A DNA stretch of 64,000 bases from contig OZ024744.1 in assembly GCA_964016885.1 (NCBI GenBank), forward strand, positions 85,188,001 through 85,252,000, given 5' to 3'. The position numbers and the translations under genes were made by a program. The notes under the pieces were generated by a model. It was given only the letters and a program-made list of their open reading frames with translations. It had not been told where the DNA came from and ran no database searches. How positions within the stretch are numbered: position 1 is the first letter of the stretch; the number at the start of each line of letters is the position of its first letter. Shown piece by piece: positions 50,562-61,094 of this stretch. The DNA comes from Eledone cirrhosa. Taxonomy: Eukaryota.

Positions 50562-50752
50562 ATTTCTACTACTTTAGGCACAAGGCCAACAATTATCCCA
50601 GTACATTACTGGTACTATATTTTATCGACCCCCGTAAGGATGAAAAGCTGAGTTAACCTCGGCGGGGATTTGAACTCAGAACGTAAAGAGCCGTAACTCA
50701 AAGCCACAAAGTATATTGTCCAACGCCACACCGATACTGCCAATACGCCGCC
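50562..50752 (-). mobile_element. SINE copy
   Basis: Family core and B box. Confidence 0.8.
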
Positions 50753-50898
50753 TTTGTGGTAGTGTTAATAATGTCTGTCTATCTCTTCCTCTCACTTTCT
50801 CTCACTCTCTCTCTCTAGCTATCTATCTATCTATCTATCCTACTCTATCACTTTCTTCCTCCATTCCTCACGCTCTCTCTCCCTTCCTTAACTTCCCT

Positions 50899-51020
<122 letters not shown>

Positions 51021-51037
51021 ACCGACAGACATCAATT

Positions 51038-51103
51038 TATTTTATCTGATGAGGACGTACTAAGGAAACAGCACAGTACCTCTGAAATATATATAATAAA
51101 ATA
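51038..51103 (+). ncRNA. Minimal type-I hammerhead
   Basis: tattttat-CTGATGA-ggacgtac..gtacctct-GAAA-t-atat-a-TA-ataaaata; perfect 8-bp helix I. Confidence 0.7.
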
Positions 51104-51392
51104 TGTTTGATTACATGAAAGTCTTTATTAATATATATATATATATATATAATACGAAGGAAGTGTGGTAAGGAACCAGATGGACCATAATGCACCAGAG
51201 TACTCAATACTTAGGGTAGTAGAGTGGGTAATAGGAAAATGTTTAACCGTCGAAACGGGTTGAGCTCTGCCGTCGGGGTTAAACATTATCCTATATATAT
51301 ATATATACAGTATATATATATACAGTATATATATATATATATAATTATACAGTATATATATATATATATATATATCCTGGAGCTCCAACCGT

Positions 51393-52127
51393 ATGCAGTT
51401 CTCTGGCTACAATCAGAGAGATAGAATCAGAGTGTATAAAGGAGCCAGAACCAAATGGGAAAAAATGGTAAATAATGAAATAAATGGGACCTGCCCCTTG
51501 TATAGGAGCAAATTTTGGAATAGAATAGAAAGAACTAGGAACAAGGCCAATAGAATAAACTCATGGTATGATAGCAATAAATACCAGAGTGTAATGTTCA
51601 TCAATACAACCCCTAGAGGCGAACTAGCCTACAAATTTAGAAGGGCCCTAAATAAACATAATCTCAATATTAAGATAGTAGAAAGACCAGGTACCTCCGT
51701 AAAAACACTTATTAGCAAGACATACCCGTTCCAAAGACCCTCATGTATAGATAAGAAATGTATAACCTGTAAAATAAGCCCCCATATTAACTGTAAAACT
51801 AGAAATGTACTGTATAGCATAAGATGTACTGAAGGACAATGTAAAAACAAAAATATAGTGTACATAGGTGAGACAGCTCGTAGTATAGGGGAACGAATAA
51901 ATGAACACTGGCGAGACCTCCAAGATAATAAAGAATCATCTGTGCTCTACCAACATGCTAAGATAGAACACAGGGGTAGATTAGAGAACATAGAAATAAA
52001 AATAGAATCCACACACAGAAAAGACGCAATGTTTAGGCAAATTACAGAGGCAGTAAGCATAAAAGAATTACAACCAAAATTAAATAGAAAATATGAGTGG
52101 AACAGCAACATCACAACTTACAATTAA
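51393..52127 (+). CDS. C-terminal GIY-YIG endonuclease region of a second Penelope-like family (5'-truncated)
   Basis: Open 244-codon frame: SVMFINTTPRGEL, KIVERPG, CIDKKCITC..C, VLYSIRC, VYIGETARSIGERINEH, RQITEAVSI, LNRKYEW. Confidence 0.85.
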   Translation: MQFSGYNQRDRIRVYKGARTKWEKMVNNEINGTCPLYRSKFWNRIERTRNKANRINSWYDSNKYQSVMFINTTPRGELAYKFRRALNKHNLNIKIVERPGTSVKTLISKTYPFQRPSCIDKKCITCKISPHINCKTRNVLYSIRCTEGQCKNKNIVYIGETARSIGERINEHWRDLQDNKESSVLYQHAKIEHRGRLENIEIKIESTHRKDAMFRQITEAVSIKELQPKLNRKYEWNSNITTYN

Positions 52128-52406
52128 GGACAAAATGAAAACACACACAGGACAAAATGAAAACACACACACACATAGAACAAACAACTTACAATTAAGG
52201 ACAAAATGAAAACACACACACACATAGAACAAACAACCAACCAACAATAAATAAATAAATAAATAAACAAATAGATAAATGAACACAAACACACACAGAC
52301 ACCTGGATGTGGCGCATGCGCAAACTGAGCACACAACACACACACAGAAACAAAATGGCGTAGGATAGAAGAAAGGAAAGGCACAGAAACAAAGAGAGGA
52401 ATCCCC

Positions 52407-52451
52407 AGTCACTGAAGAGGTCACAGAGTGTGTGACGAAAGGACTATGACT
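52407..52451 (+). ncRNA. Hammerhead in the 3' pLTR of the 51393 PLE
   Basis: agtca-CTGAAGA-g-gtcaca-gagtg-tgtgac-GAAA-ggac-TA-tgact. Confidence 0.7.
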
Positions 52452-52671
52452 ATATATAAACAACTATCTGGTTGTGGAACCAACCAACCAACCAGAAATT
52501 TATAAGTTTGTAAATTTGTAAATTTATAAATTTATAAATATATAATAAATTGAAGTGAAAGCAACTGGTGCGTGTGTTTCTTATTGGCAACATGACCCTC
52601 CCAAAGTATAACAATATCGGTTTCAACACACGATTTCAGATAAAGAATCTTGCTAAACAAATTCAGAAACG

Positions 52672-52718
<47 letters not shown>

Positions 52719-52781
52719 GCTCTATCACTCTCTTCCTCCATTCTTCGCCACCTCTCTCCTTTCTTCTACTTCTCTTTTTCA

Positions 52782-52854
<73 letters not shown>

Positions 52855-53187
52855 TTTGTGACTATTTATCTATCTCTCCTGTTCTACCACTCCTTTCCTC
52901 CATTCCTCCCCCTCTCTCTCTTTTTCTCTATCTCTCCCTTCCTCAACCTCTCTTCCCCCCTGTCCCCTCTCTCTTGGTAGATAAGTTATATATCTACTTG
53001 TCATCAGATAGAGATGTCTCTTTTTGATATTCATGTTTGTTCTAGTTTTTCTTCTTGTTAGTGTTTGTGTTATATTTTTCATTTTCCTTTTCTTTTTGTC
53101 ATCGTATCTGTTTGATCCGACATCCTTTAAACACACATGCTGAGTCATTTCATCTGGACGTTTCCTTCTACAACGCTCTATCCACAT

Positions 53188-53365
53188 TGTATCGGTAGAG
53201 AGTCGGACGCCATGCTTTACAGCGATGAGTTACGGACCTTTATGGTCTGAGTTCAAATTCCGCCGAGGTTAACTTTGCCTTTCATCCTTACGGGAGCGAT
53301 AAAATAATGTACCAGTAATACACTGGGAAAAAATTGCTGGCCTTGTGCCAAAAGTAGAAACAATT
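53188..53365 (+). mobile_element. SINE copy
   Basis: gagttcaaattccgccgaggttaactttgcctttcatcc..ggccttgtgccaaaagtagaaac. Confidence 0.82.
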
Positions 53366-53389
53366 ATATGTATATTATTGGAGGGAGAG

Positions 53390-53441
<52 letters not shown>

Positions 53442-53621
53442 ATATTTAACCCCGACGGCAGAGCTCAAGCCGTTTCGACGGCTATTTCCAGAAATAGCCT
53501 TGGAAACGGCTTGAGCTCTGCCGTCGGGGTTAAATATTTTTCTATTACCCAATCTACTACCCTAAGTATTAAGTACTCTGGTTCGTTATGGTCCATCTTG
53601 TTCCTTGCCACACTTCGTTCG

Positions 53622-53692
<71 letters not shown>

Positions 53693-53829
53693 AGAAAAAC
53701 CACAAACCCTCCATCTCAATTCTACTTTTGAAAAGCACAAGAACTGTGAAACCGGTAAAGGAACCAAATAAATATTTTTAAAAAGTCTCCAGTTGCATTT
53801 TCGATTGAACCTGAATCTGAACCGATAAG

Positions 53830-54568
53830 GTCACGTTTCTTGGGTATGTCAGCATTTATAAAACAAATTTTGTATTTTATCTGATGAGGGCGTACCAAAG
53901 TGTTGGTACCCTTGAAATATATATAATAGAATAAATATGGTTTTAAAAATATAGTTTCCATTTATTAATATCATTGATATTATACTCCAGAAAACTTGTA
54001 GAGTGCTTTGAATCTGTTATAAATATATTTGTTGAATAACCAACAAATTAAATATCTCTTTGCTTATATATGTAGAAGTTCTATTTAAATTGTTGGGATA
54101 CAACAAGCAAATATTTTTATAACTGATATAAAGCACTCAACAAATTATTGGAGTAAAAATACGATATATTAACAAATGGAAACCATATTTATAAAACCAT
54201 ATTTATTTCATTATATATATTTCAAGGACACCAAGTTAAATTATGGTGTGCTTTCACCAGATAAAATATAATATAGAGCAGTTTTATAAATAAATATTGA
54301 CATACCCTTAAAGAATGCGACCATTTCTGTTGGAAGCTCCCGGATAGTAGTATAAATAAATTTATAACACCACTATCCGGGAACTTCCAACAGAAATGGT
54401 CGCATTCTTTAAGGGTATGTCAATATTTATTTATAAAACAGCTCTATATTATATTTTATCTGATGAAAGCACACCATAATTTAACTTGGTGTCCTTCCTT
54501 GAAATATGTATAATGAAATAAATATAGTTTTATAAATATAGTTTCCATTTGTTAATATATCGTCTTTG

Positions 54569-54570
<2 letters not shown>
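53830..54570. mobile_element. Three PLE pLTRs (+,-,+) with HHRs at 53873-53933 (+), 54204-54268 (-) and 54452-54520 (+)
   Basis: CTGATGA/CTGGTGA..GAAA-tata-TA motifs; 54161-54563 forms an imperfect palindrome of ~190-bp arms. Confidence 0.8.
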
Positions 54571-54651
<81 letters not shown>

Positions 54652-54869
54652 CATATATATAACGAAGGAAATGTGGTAAGGAACCAGGTGGACCATAACG
54701 CACCAAAGTACTCAATACTTAGGGTAGTAGAGTGGGTAATAGGAACAAGTAAGACCCCGACGGCTGAGCTCAAGCCGTTTCGACGGCTAATATACACACA
54801 CGTATATTAGTAAATGTGTGAATTAGCCGTCGAAACGGCTTGAGCTCAGCCGTCGGGGTCTTACTTGTT

Positions 54870-54913
<44 letters not shown>

Positions 54914-54954
54914 GAGAGTAAAACAAAGAATCCTTTAATACATCAAAAGTTTTT

Positions 54955-54999
54955 ATTAGCCGACAATGTTTCGTCCTATTAAGGACTCATCAGGGCAAT
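54955..54999 (-). ncRNA. Canonical-looking hammerhead with GUC cleavage site
   Basis: Minus strand: attgcc-CTGATGA-gtcc-ttaata-ggac-GAAA-c-att-g-TC-ggctaat. Confidence 0.75.
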
Positions 55000-55537
55000 C
55001 AACAACAAGAAGTAATATCGGCAGATACAAGCCGGAAACTCTGAAGAATATGGAGTGTGCATACACTAAAGACTTACAAAACTATATGATAATAAAAATG
55101 AAAATAAAAATAAAAATAATAAACATATATAATAATAAGAATAACTAAGGATGTAGATAATATTAAGAACCATATTACAAATATAGTCCAAAGGAACTAA
55201 CCTAAATCTAAACAAATTTGGTTATATAGAGCAGGAATTATATATAACACAATGCAATAAACATAATACATTATAATAATATACCTTTACCAACATTAAA
55301 ATTACAAATTAAAAATCAAAAGGTACAATATATACATGTATATGTGTGCGCACACACACACACACACACACATATATAACAATACACCCATCTATGATCA
55401 ACCACACAAATTAAGCCCTATTAGAAGTTTGAATATAAAAATAAGCATGATAAGAGTGAAAATAATAACAATACGTCTACCCAATATACATGAGGCAATA
55501 ATATGATATAATTACAAGAGACACATATACTAAATAA

Positions 55538-55717
55538 TTGTTTCTACTTTAGGCACAAGGCCAGCAATTACCCAGTGCATTACTGGTACTTTATTTTATC
55601 GACCCCGTAAGGATGAAAGGCAAAGTCAATCTCGGCGGGATTTGAACTCAGATCATAAAGGGACGTAACTATGCTGGAAAGCATGGCGTCCGACCCTCTA
55701 CCGATACTGCCAATCCA
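55538..55717 (-). mobile_element. Full-length SINE with apparent TSD atactaaataat
   Basis: Family core; atactaaataat flanks both ends. Confidence 0.85.
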
Positions 55718-55984
55718 ATACTAAATAATAAACAATAAAATTATATAATTCAATATAATATAATAAAATAGATAATCCCCGGTTAGTTTACAGAAACAAT
55801 ATAGATGTCACAATAAAATACAATGATAATACGTAAACAGTGTACTAACATTTACCATAAACAATGTATACAAATCGATTCATACTGGGTTACAGAGTAA
55901 ATGAGGAAAAATAAATTATATAATACTAAAAAAAAAACACTATAATGGTACTGTAAAAATTATGATGGTACAGAAAAAAATATA

Positions 55985-56170
55985 TATACAGACATCTTAC
56001 ATGATATGTAAAGTCTAAATATCATAATGTTACATATAATGAACAGTAAGTAATAAGGATCAATATTACAATATTACAAAATATACAGACATCTTACATG
56101 ATATATAAAGTTTAAATGTTATAATGTTACATATAATGAACAGTAAGTAATAAGGATCAATATTACAATA
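55985..56170. repeat. Tandem duplication of ~97 bp
   Basis: atacagacatcttacatgatat..ggatcaatattacaata occurs twice. Confidence 0.85.
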
Positions 56171-56799
56171 CAATATAATATAATATATTATAAATTGACA
56201 TAAAATAATACTTATAATTACAAGGTTAGTAGACAGACATATGTGGATGTGTAAGCAAAGCCAGACAGTGGATAGTAAATAGAGAGATTTTCATTTATAT
56301 TAGATTTATCAAAGTGGAATGCACGCCACCTGATTCTCCTTATAAAAGAGTCCGATTTATCTATTAATTGTTTAATAAAGTCTTTGTTTCTAGGTAGAGG
56401 TATGTCTTTTAAAGAGGAAGAAATCTTAAAGAATTCCATTTTTTCAGTTATAATATAAAGCGCTCAACAGTATTGGAGCAAGATATATGCAAAGTTTTAT
56501 TTAAATTGTTGGGTTACAACGAGTAAATATTTATAACTGATATAAAAGCACTCAACAAGTATTTGGAGTATATTTACGATATTAAATAAATGGAAACTAT
56601 ATTTATAAAACCATATTTATTTCATTATATATATTTCAGGGATATCATATTAAAAATATGGTATGCCTTCTTCAGATAATAATAGACAAACTAACCAAAA
56701 TAACAACAATTTTAATTACGGCAACAACTTTAACAACTATAATAGAAAGCATTACAATAATTCCAAAAGCCAAAAAAGAAATAGAACTAGGAATATAAT

Positions 56800-57474
56800 A
56801 TGGTTTGCCCCCCCCCCCCTTTCTCACTAAACATTAAAACCCACATCGCTAAACTATTTTTTAATGCTCTTGATAATCGCTTCCCTAGAACACATAGGTA
56901 TCACTCAATTTTCAATAGACATACTATAAAATTAACTTACTCATCCACCAAAAATTTAGCACAAAATATTAATAGAATAAATAATAGGAATTTAAAACCT
57001 AGCCAAAATACCGATAATAGCATAAATAATATCCAAGTAAACAAATGTAACTGTAGAGATAGATCTAAATGTCCGTTAAATAACAATTGCTTAGTTAAAA
57101 ATATAATATACAACTGTAATGTTAAAACGGACTTAAATTCTTTTAACTATGTTGGTTCCACCTCGACAGAATTTAAACTTCGCTATAATAACCACAAGAT
57201 TTCTTTCACAAATCCAAGCAAAAAATCTTCAACATCACTATCAGGCTTACTCTGGCAACTTAAGCATGATAACGTTGGATATTCGACAGCTTGGAATATA
57301 GTCTCAAGAGGGATTCCTTTTAATTCATCCTCTGAGACATGTGACCTCTGCGCGGAGGAGATATTCTTTATACTAAAATCTAAAAATTCCCTTAATTTAC
57401 GGACAAATTTATTCAGTTGCTGCAGACATAGATTGAACTCAACTTTTAAATATAAATATAAATTTAAAATGTAG
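56800..57474 (+). CDS. Penelope GIY-YIG endonuclease region (fragment)
   Basis: PPFSLNIKT, FPRTHRYHSIFNRHTIKLTYS, CNCRDRSKCPLNNNCL, IIYNC, YVGSTSTEFKLRYNNHK, CDLCAEE, SCCRH. Confidence 0.88.
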   Translation: MVCPPPPFSLNIKTHIAKLFFNALDNRFPRTHRYHSIFNRHTIKLTYSSTKNLAQNINRINNRNLKPSQNTDNSINNIQVNKCNCRDRSKCPLNNNCLVKNIIYNCNVKTDLNSFNYVGSTSTEFKLRYNNHKISFTNPSKKSSTSLSGLLWQLKHDNVGYSTAWNIVSRGIPFNSSSETCDLCAEEIFFILKSKNSLNLRTNLFSCCRHRLNSTFKYKYKFKM

Positions 57475-58583
57475 TATATTTACTTTGATTTATAATTATT
57501 TATGAAACTCGCCGATAAATCTTTCGATTTCTTTTTTTTTTTTTTTTTTTAAACATTCTTCATGAATAATTAAACTACCCTAAAAGCTGATGCTCCAAAT
57601 ATATTGAATAAATTTTACACTAGATAAACTTCTATAATAAATATAAGACCATCTGTAGATCAAATGGGTATCCTAAACTTTTGGAATGATTTCTGCTAGA
57701 CAGGATTTGGTAAATAATTTTGGTTTTGTTTGCTTTTGATTCTGATGCTTATAATGAACTTGGCAATATATTGTCAATTAATTTTGAAGGGTTGATCTCT
57801 ATGCGGGGCATGCTGTGTTTTATTTTTAATATTTTTTAATTTTTTGATATTTTTATTGATATATTGATATCTGTTGTCTATTTATGCTTGAACGATAATC
57901 ATGTAGAGTAAAGACAAGAATAGTATTGTTAAAATTAATGTAGATTCTATATATATTTGTGTGTACGTACACATATATGTATACTAGAATTTTTATAGCA
58001 CAATGAGAATGTTTTCATGTGAAATAGGAATTTGCAGAGTTGATCACGTAAATTCACATGGAAGTCTATAGTATCGAATCTGGGATAACCTTCTATTTTC
58101 TTTTTCTTTTTCTTTTTTCATGAAAGTGCATATATACTTATGTATTTCAATTTTTTTTGAAGTTTTCTTTTTTATCTCAGTTTTTTATCTCATTTTTTTT
58201 ACCTCAGTTTTTTAACTCAGTTCTGATATAAACCTAGGAATTTTAAACTAGACATATGATCATTATTTTTCACACATTATTGATACGTGTCTCATTCATG
58301 AATACTGATATTTACATTATAATACCTAATTCATACGAATTGATATTTTTACATTGATGAAACATAATGTTTTAAATCTGCCTCGTTTATCTCTGGATAT
58401 TTTTCTTTTCTCTCTATGTAACGGCTGTTTTCTCTCCTAACCACATATATCTCTCTCTACCTTAATACTAGAACTAAATAAATAAATAAATAAATAAATA
58501 TATCATTGATACGTCATTCAACTGGTGCCCAACTACCTATTTTCTTTCTCTCTATCTCTATCTATATCTATCTCTCTCTATTT

Positions 58584-58623
<40 letters not shown>

Positions 58624-58879
58624 ATCTATCTCCCTCTCTGTTTTTTCTCTCTCTATCTATCTCTCTCTGTTTCTTTACATGAATTTCTTCTCTCTATCTA
58701 TCTCTCTATATCTATCTCTCTCTGTTTAGTTGCATGCATTTCTTCTTTCTCTTCGCTTTTTTTCTTTCTTTCTTTTTATAACTGTCCCTAACATTTTTCA
58801 CTACCAAATCAACTTTTTAAATGGAAGTTGAAGTTGTAAGGTATGTCAAATCTATCTATTTATAAGACTGTTTATATTG

Positions 58880-58945
58880 TATTTTGTCTGAAGAAGGCAT
58901 ACCATATTTTTAATATGATATCCCTGAAATATATATAATGAAATA
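58880..58945 (+). ncRNA. Minimal type-I hammerhead in pLTR
   Basis: tattttgt-CTGAAGA-aggcatac..tatccct-GAAA-tatata-TA-atgaaata. Confidence 0.75.
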
Positions 58946-59071
58946 AATATGGTTTTATAAATATAGTTTCCATTTATTTAATATCGTAAATATACTCCAA
59001 ATATTTGTTGAGTGCTTTTATATCAGTTATAAATATTTACTCGTTGTAACCCAACAATTTAAATGAAACTT

Positions 59072-59110
<39 letters not shown>

Positions 59111-59413
59111 GAGAGGTATAGAGATTGTTTTAGCAAGAAGCTAACGGCATTCTATAACATATATGCGACTATAACGTCAAGATGGGAAAAGTAGTTAACG
59201 AAAGATTTAGGAAAAATAACTCAAACTCATCTCAAAAGAGAATCAGGATATAAATTCATCCACAGAATTTAGTAAAATCCAGGGAAAAATCTATAGACCT
59301 TTAACTCATGATAAAATAAAGTTTGAAACACTTATCCTTCAATTTGGAATAACATCAAATGCTCTGTATATATACTCAATACTTAGGGTAGTAGAGTGGG
59401 TAATACTCGTTCC

Positions 59414-59514
<101 letters not shown>

Positions 59515-59518
59515 CCAC

Positions 59519-59552
<34 letters not shown>

Positions 59553-59635
59553 GGAGGTGAGTTTTATTGTAGTACAATAAAGCAATGCAGATATCGGATA
59601 AGAAGCACTCTACAGTTTGTGGGACTGGAGTATGC

Positions 59636-60043
59636 ATAATATAAGATCAAAAGATGGTTAAAGGAGTTCCATATATTTTATTATGCGCATTTCAAAAACA
59701 AACATCATCAAGCAATAATATTTGTGTTTTCATCAGATAAAACAGGAGAACATGATATGAAGGCTAAAAAACACTTGTGGATAGTGCAGTTTTAAATCAA
59801 CATATGAAAAGTGGTTTTAGATTGATGTAAAATATTTTTCCCAATATCACACATCAATCTAAAACCACTTTTCATATGTTGATTTAAAACTGCACTATCC
59901 ACAAGTGTTTTTTAGCCTTCATATCATGTTCTCCTGTTTTATCTGATGAAAACACAAATATTATTGCTTGATGATGTTTGTTTTTGAAATGCGCATAATA
60001 AAATATATGGAACTCCTTTAACCATCTTTTGATCTTATATTAT
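59636..60043. mobile_element. Perfect palindrome (193-bp arms, 22-nt loop) with an HHR in each arm
   Basis: 59636-59828 is the reverse complement of 59851-60043. Confidence 0.9.
59936..60004 (+). ncRNA. Type-I hammerhead with GCGC loop III (mirror copy at 59675-59743, minus strand)
   Basis: gttttat-CTGATGA-aaaca..tgttttt-GAAA-t-gcgc-a-TA-ataaaat. Confidence 0.78.
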
Positions 60044-60187
60044 ATATATATATATTAATGTGTGTGTGTGTGTGTGGTGTCTATGTCTGGCTTTAATAGC
60101 TACACTTATATATCTATATGTATGAGTGCGTATGACAGTGTCCATGCCTGTATCAATGTCTGAGTTAAATATACATGTGTGTGTGTT

Positions 60188-60585
60188 ATTTTGTGTGTGT
60201 GTGTGTGTATGTATATGCATCTGTCCGTAGACGTGGATGTGTATGTGTATGTTTTTTAGTGAATGTGTGTGCATGTATCTAGGTCTGTATGTGTGCGTGT
60301 ATCTATGTCTGGTTAATTTTGTGTGTGTGTGTGTGTGTGTGTATGTATATGCATCTGTCCGTAGACGTGGATGTGTATGTGTATGTTTTTTAGTGAATGT
60401 GTGTGCATGTGTCTAGGTCTGTATGTGTGCGTGTATCTTTGTCTGGTTAATTTTGTGTGTGTGTGTGTGTGTGTGTATGTATATGCATCTGTCCGTAGAC
60501 GTGGATGTGTATGTGTATGTTTTTTAGTGAATGTGTGTGCATGTGTCTAGGTGTGTATGTGTGCGTGTATCTATGTCTGGTTTTA
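60188..60585. repeat. ~132-bp tandem repeat, 3 copies
   Basis: gcatctgtccgtagacgtggatg occurs at ~60218, ~60351 and ~60485. Confidence 0.9.
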
Positions 60586-60704
60586 ATATGCATGTGTATG
60601 TGTATGCATGTGTGACTCCATATGTGAGTATGTGTAGGTGTAAATGTATTAGTTAATGTGTGTGTGCATGTCTCTATCTATGTGTGCCAATACTTACAAT
60701 GCAT

Positions 60705-61052
60705 GTGTGTGTATATGTACGTGTGTTATTAAATGTGTGTATATGTACGTGTGTTAGTAAATGTGTGTGTATATGTACGTGTATTAGTAAATGTGTGTGT
60801 ATATGTACGTGTATTAGTAAATGTGTGTGTATATGTACGTGTATTAGTAAATGTGTGTGTATATGTACGTGTATTAGTAAATGTGTGTGTATATGTACGT
60901 GTATTAGTAAATGTGTGTGTATATGTACGTGTATTAGTAAATGTGTGTGTATATGTACGTGTATTAGTAAATGTGTGTGTATATGTACGTGTATTAGTAA
61001 ATGTGTGTGTATATGTACGTGTATTAGTAAATGTGCGTGTATATGTACGTGT
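60705..61052. repeat. 30-bp minisatellite gtattagtaaatgtgtgtgtatatgtacgt, ~11 copies
   Basis: Near-perfect tandem units with no spacers. Confidence 0.95.
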
Positions 61053-61094
61053 GTGGATGCTTCGCTTCAATTTTTTGTTGTTGGAATTTTTAAG

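Larger units (their letters stand above)
56290..59075 (+). mobile_element. 5'-truncated Penelope-like element with inverted pLTR + ORF start at its 5' end
   Basis: Minus 56290-56680: HHR (56618-56679), leader, MEFFKISSSLKDIPLP..RRIRWRAFHF. Plus: EN, long 3'UTR, pLTR HHR at 58880-58945. Confidence 0.88.

Noticed and set aside
60705-61052. CRISPR array
   Set aside because: The 30-bp units are contiguous with no unique spacers, there are no cas genes, and the context is eukaryotic.
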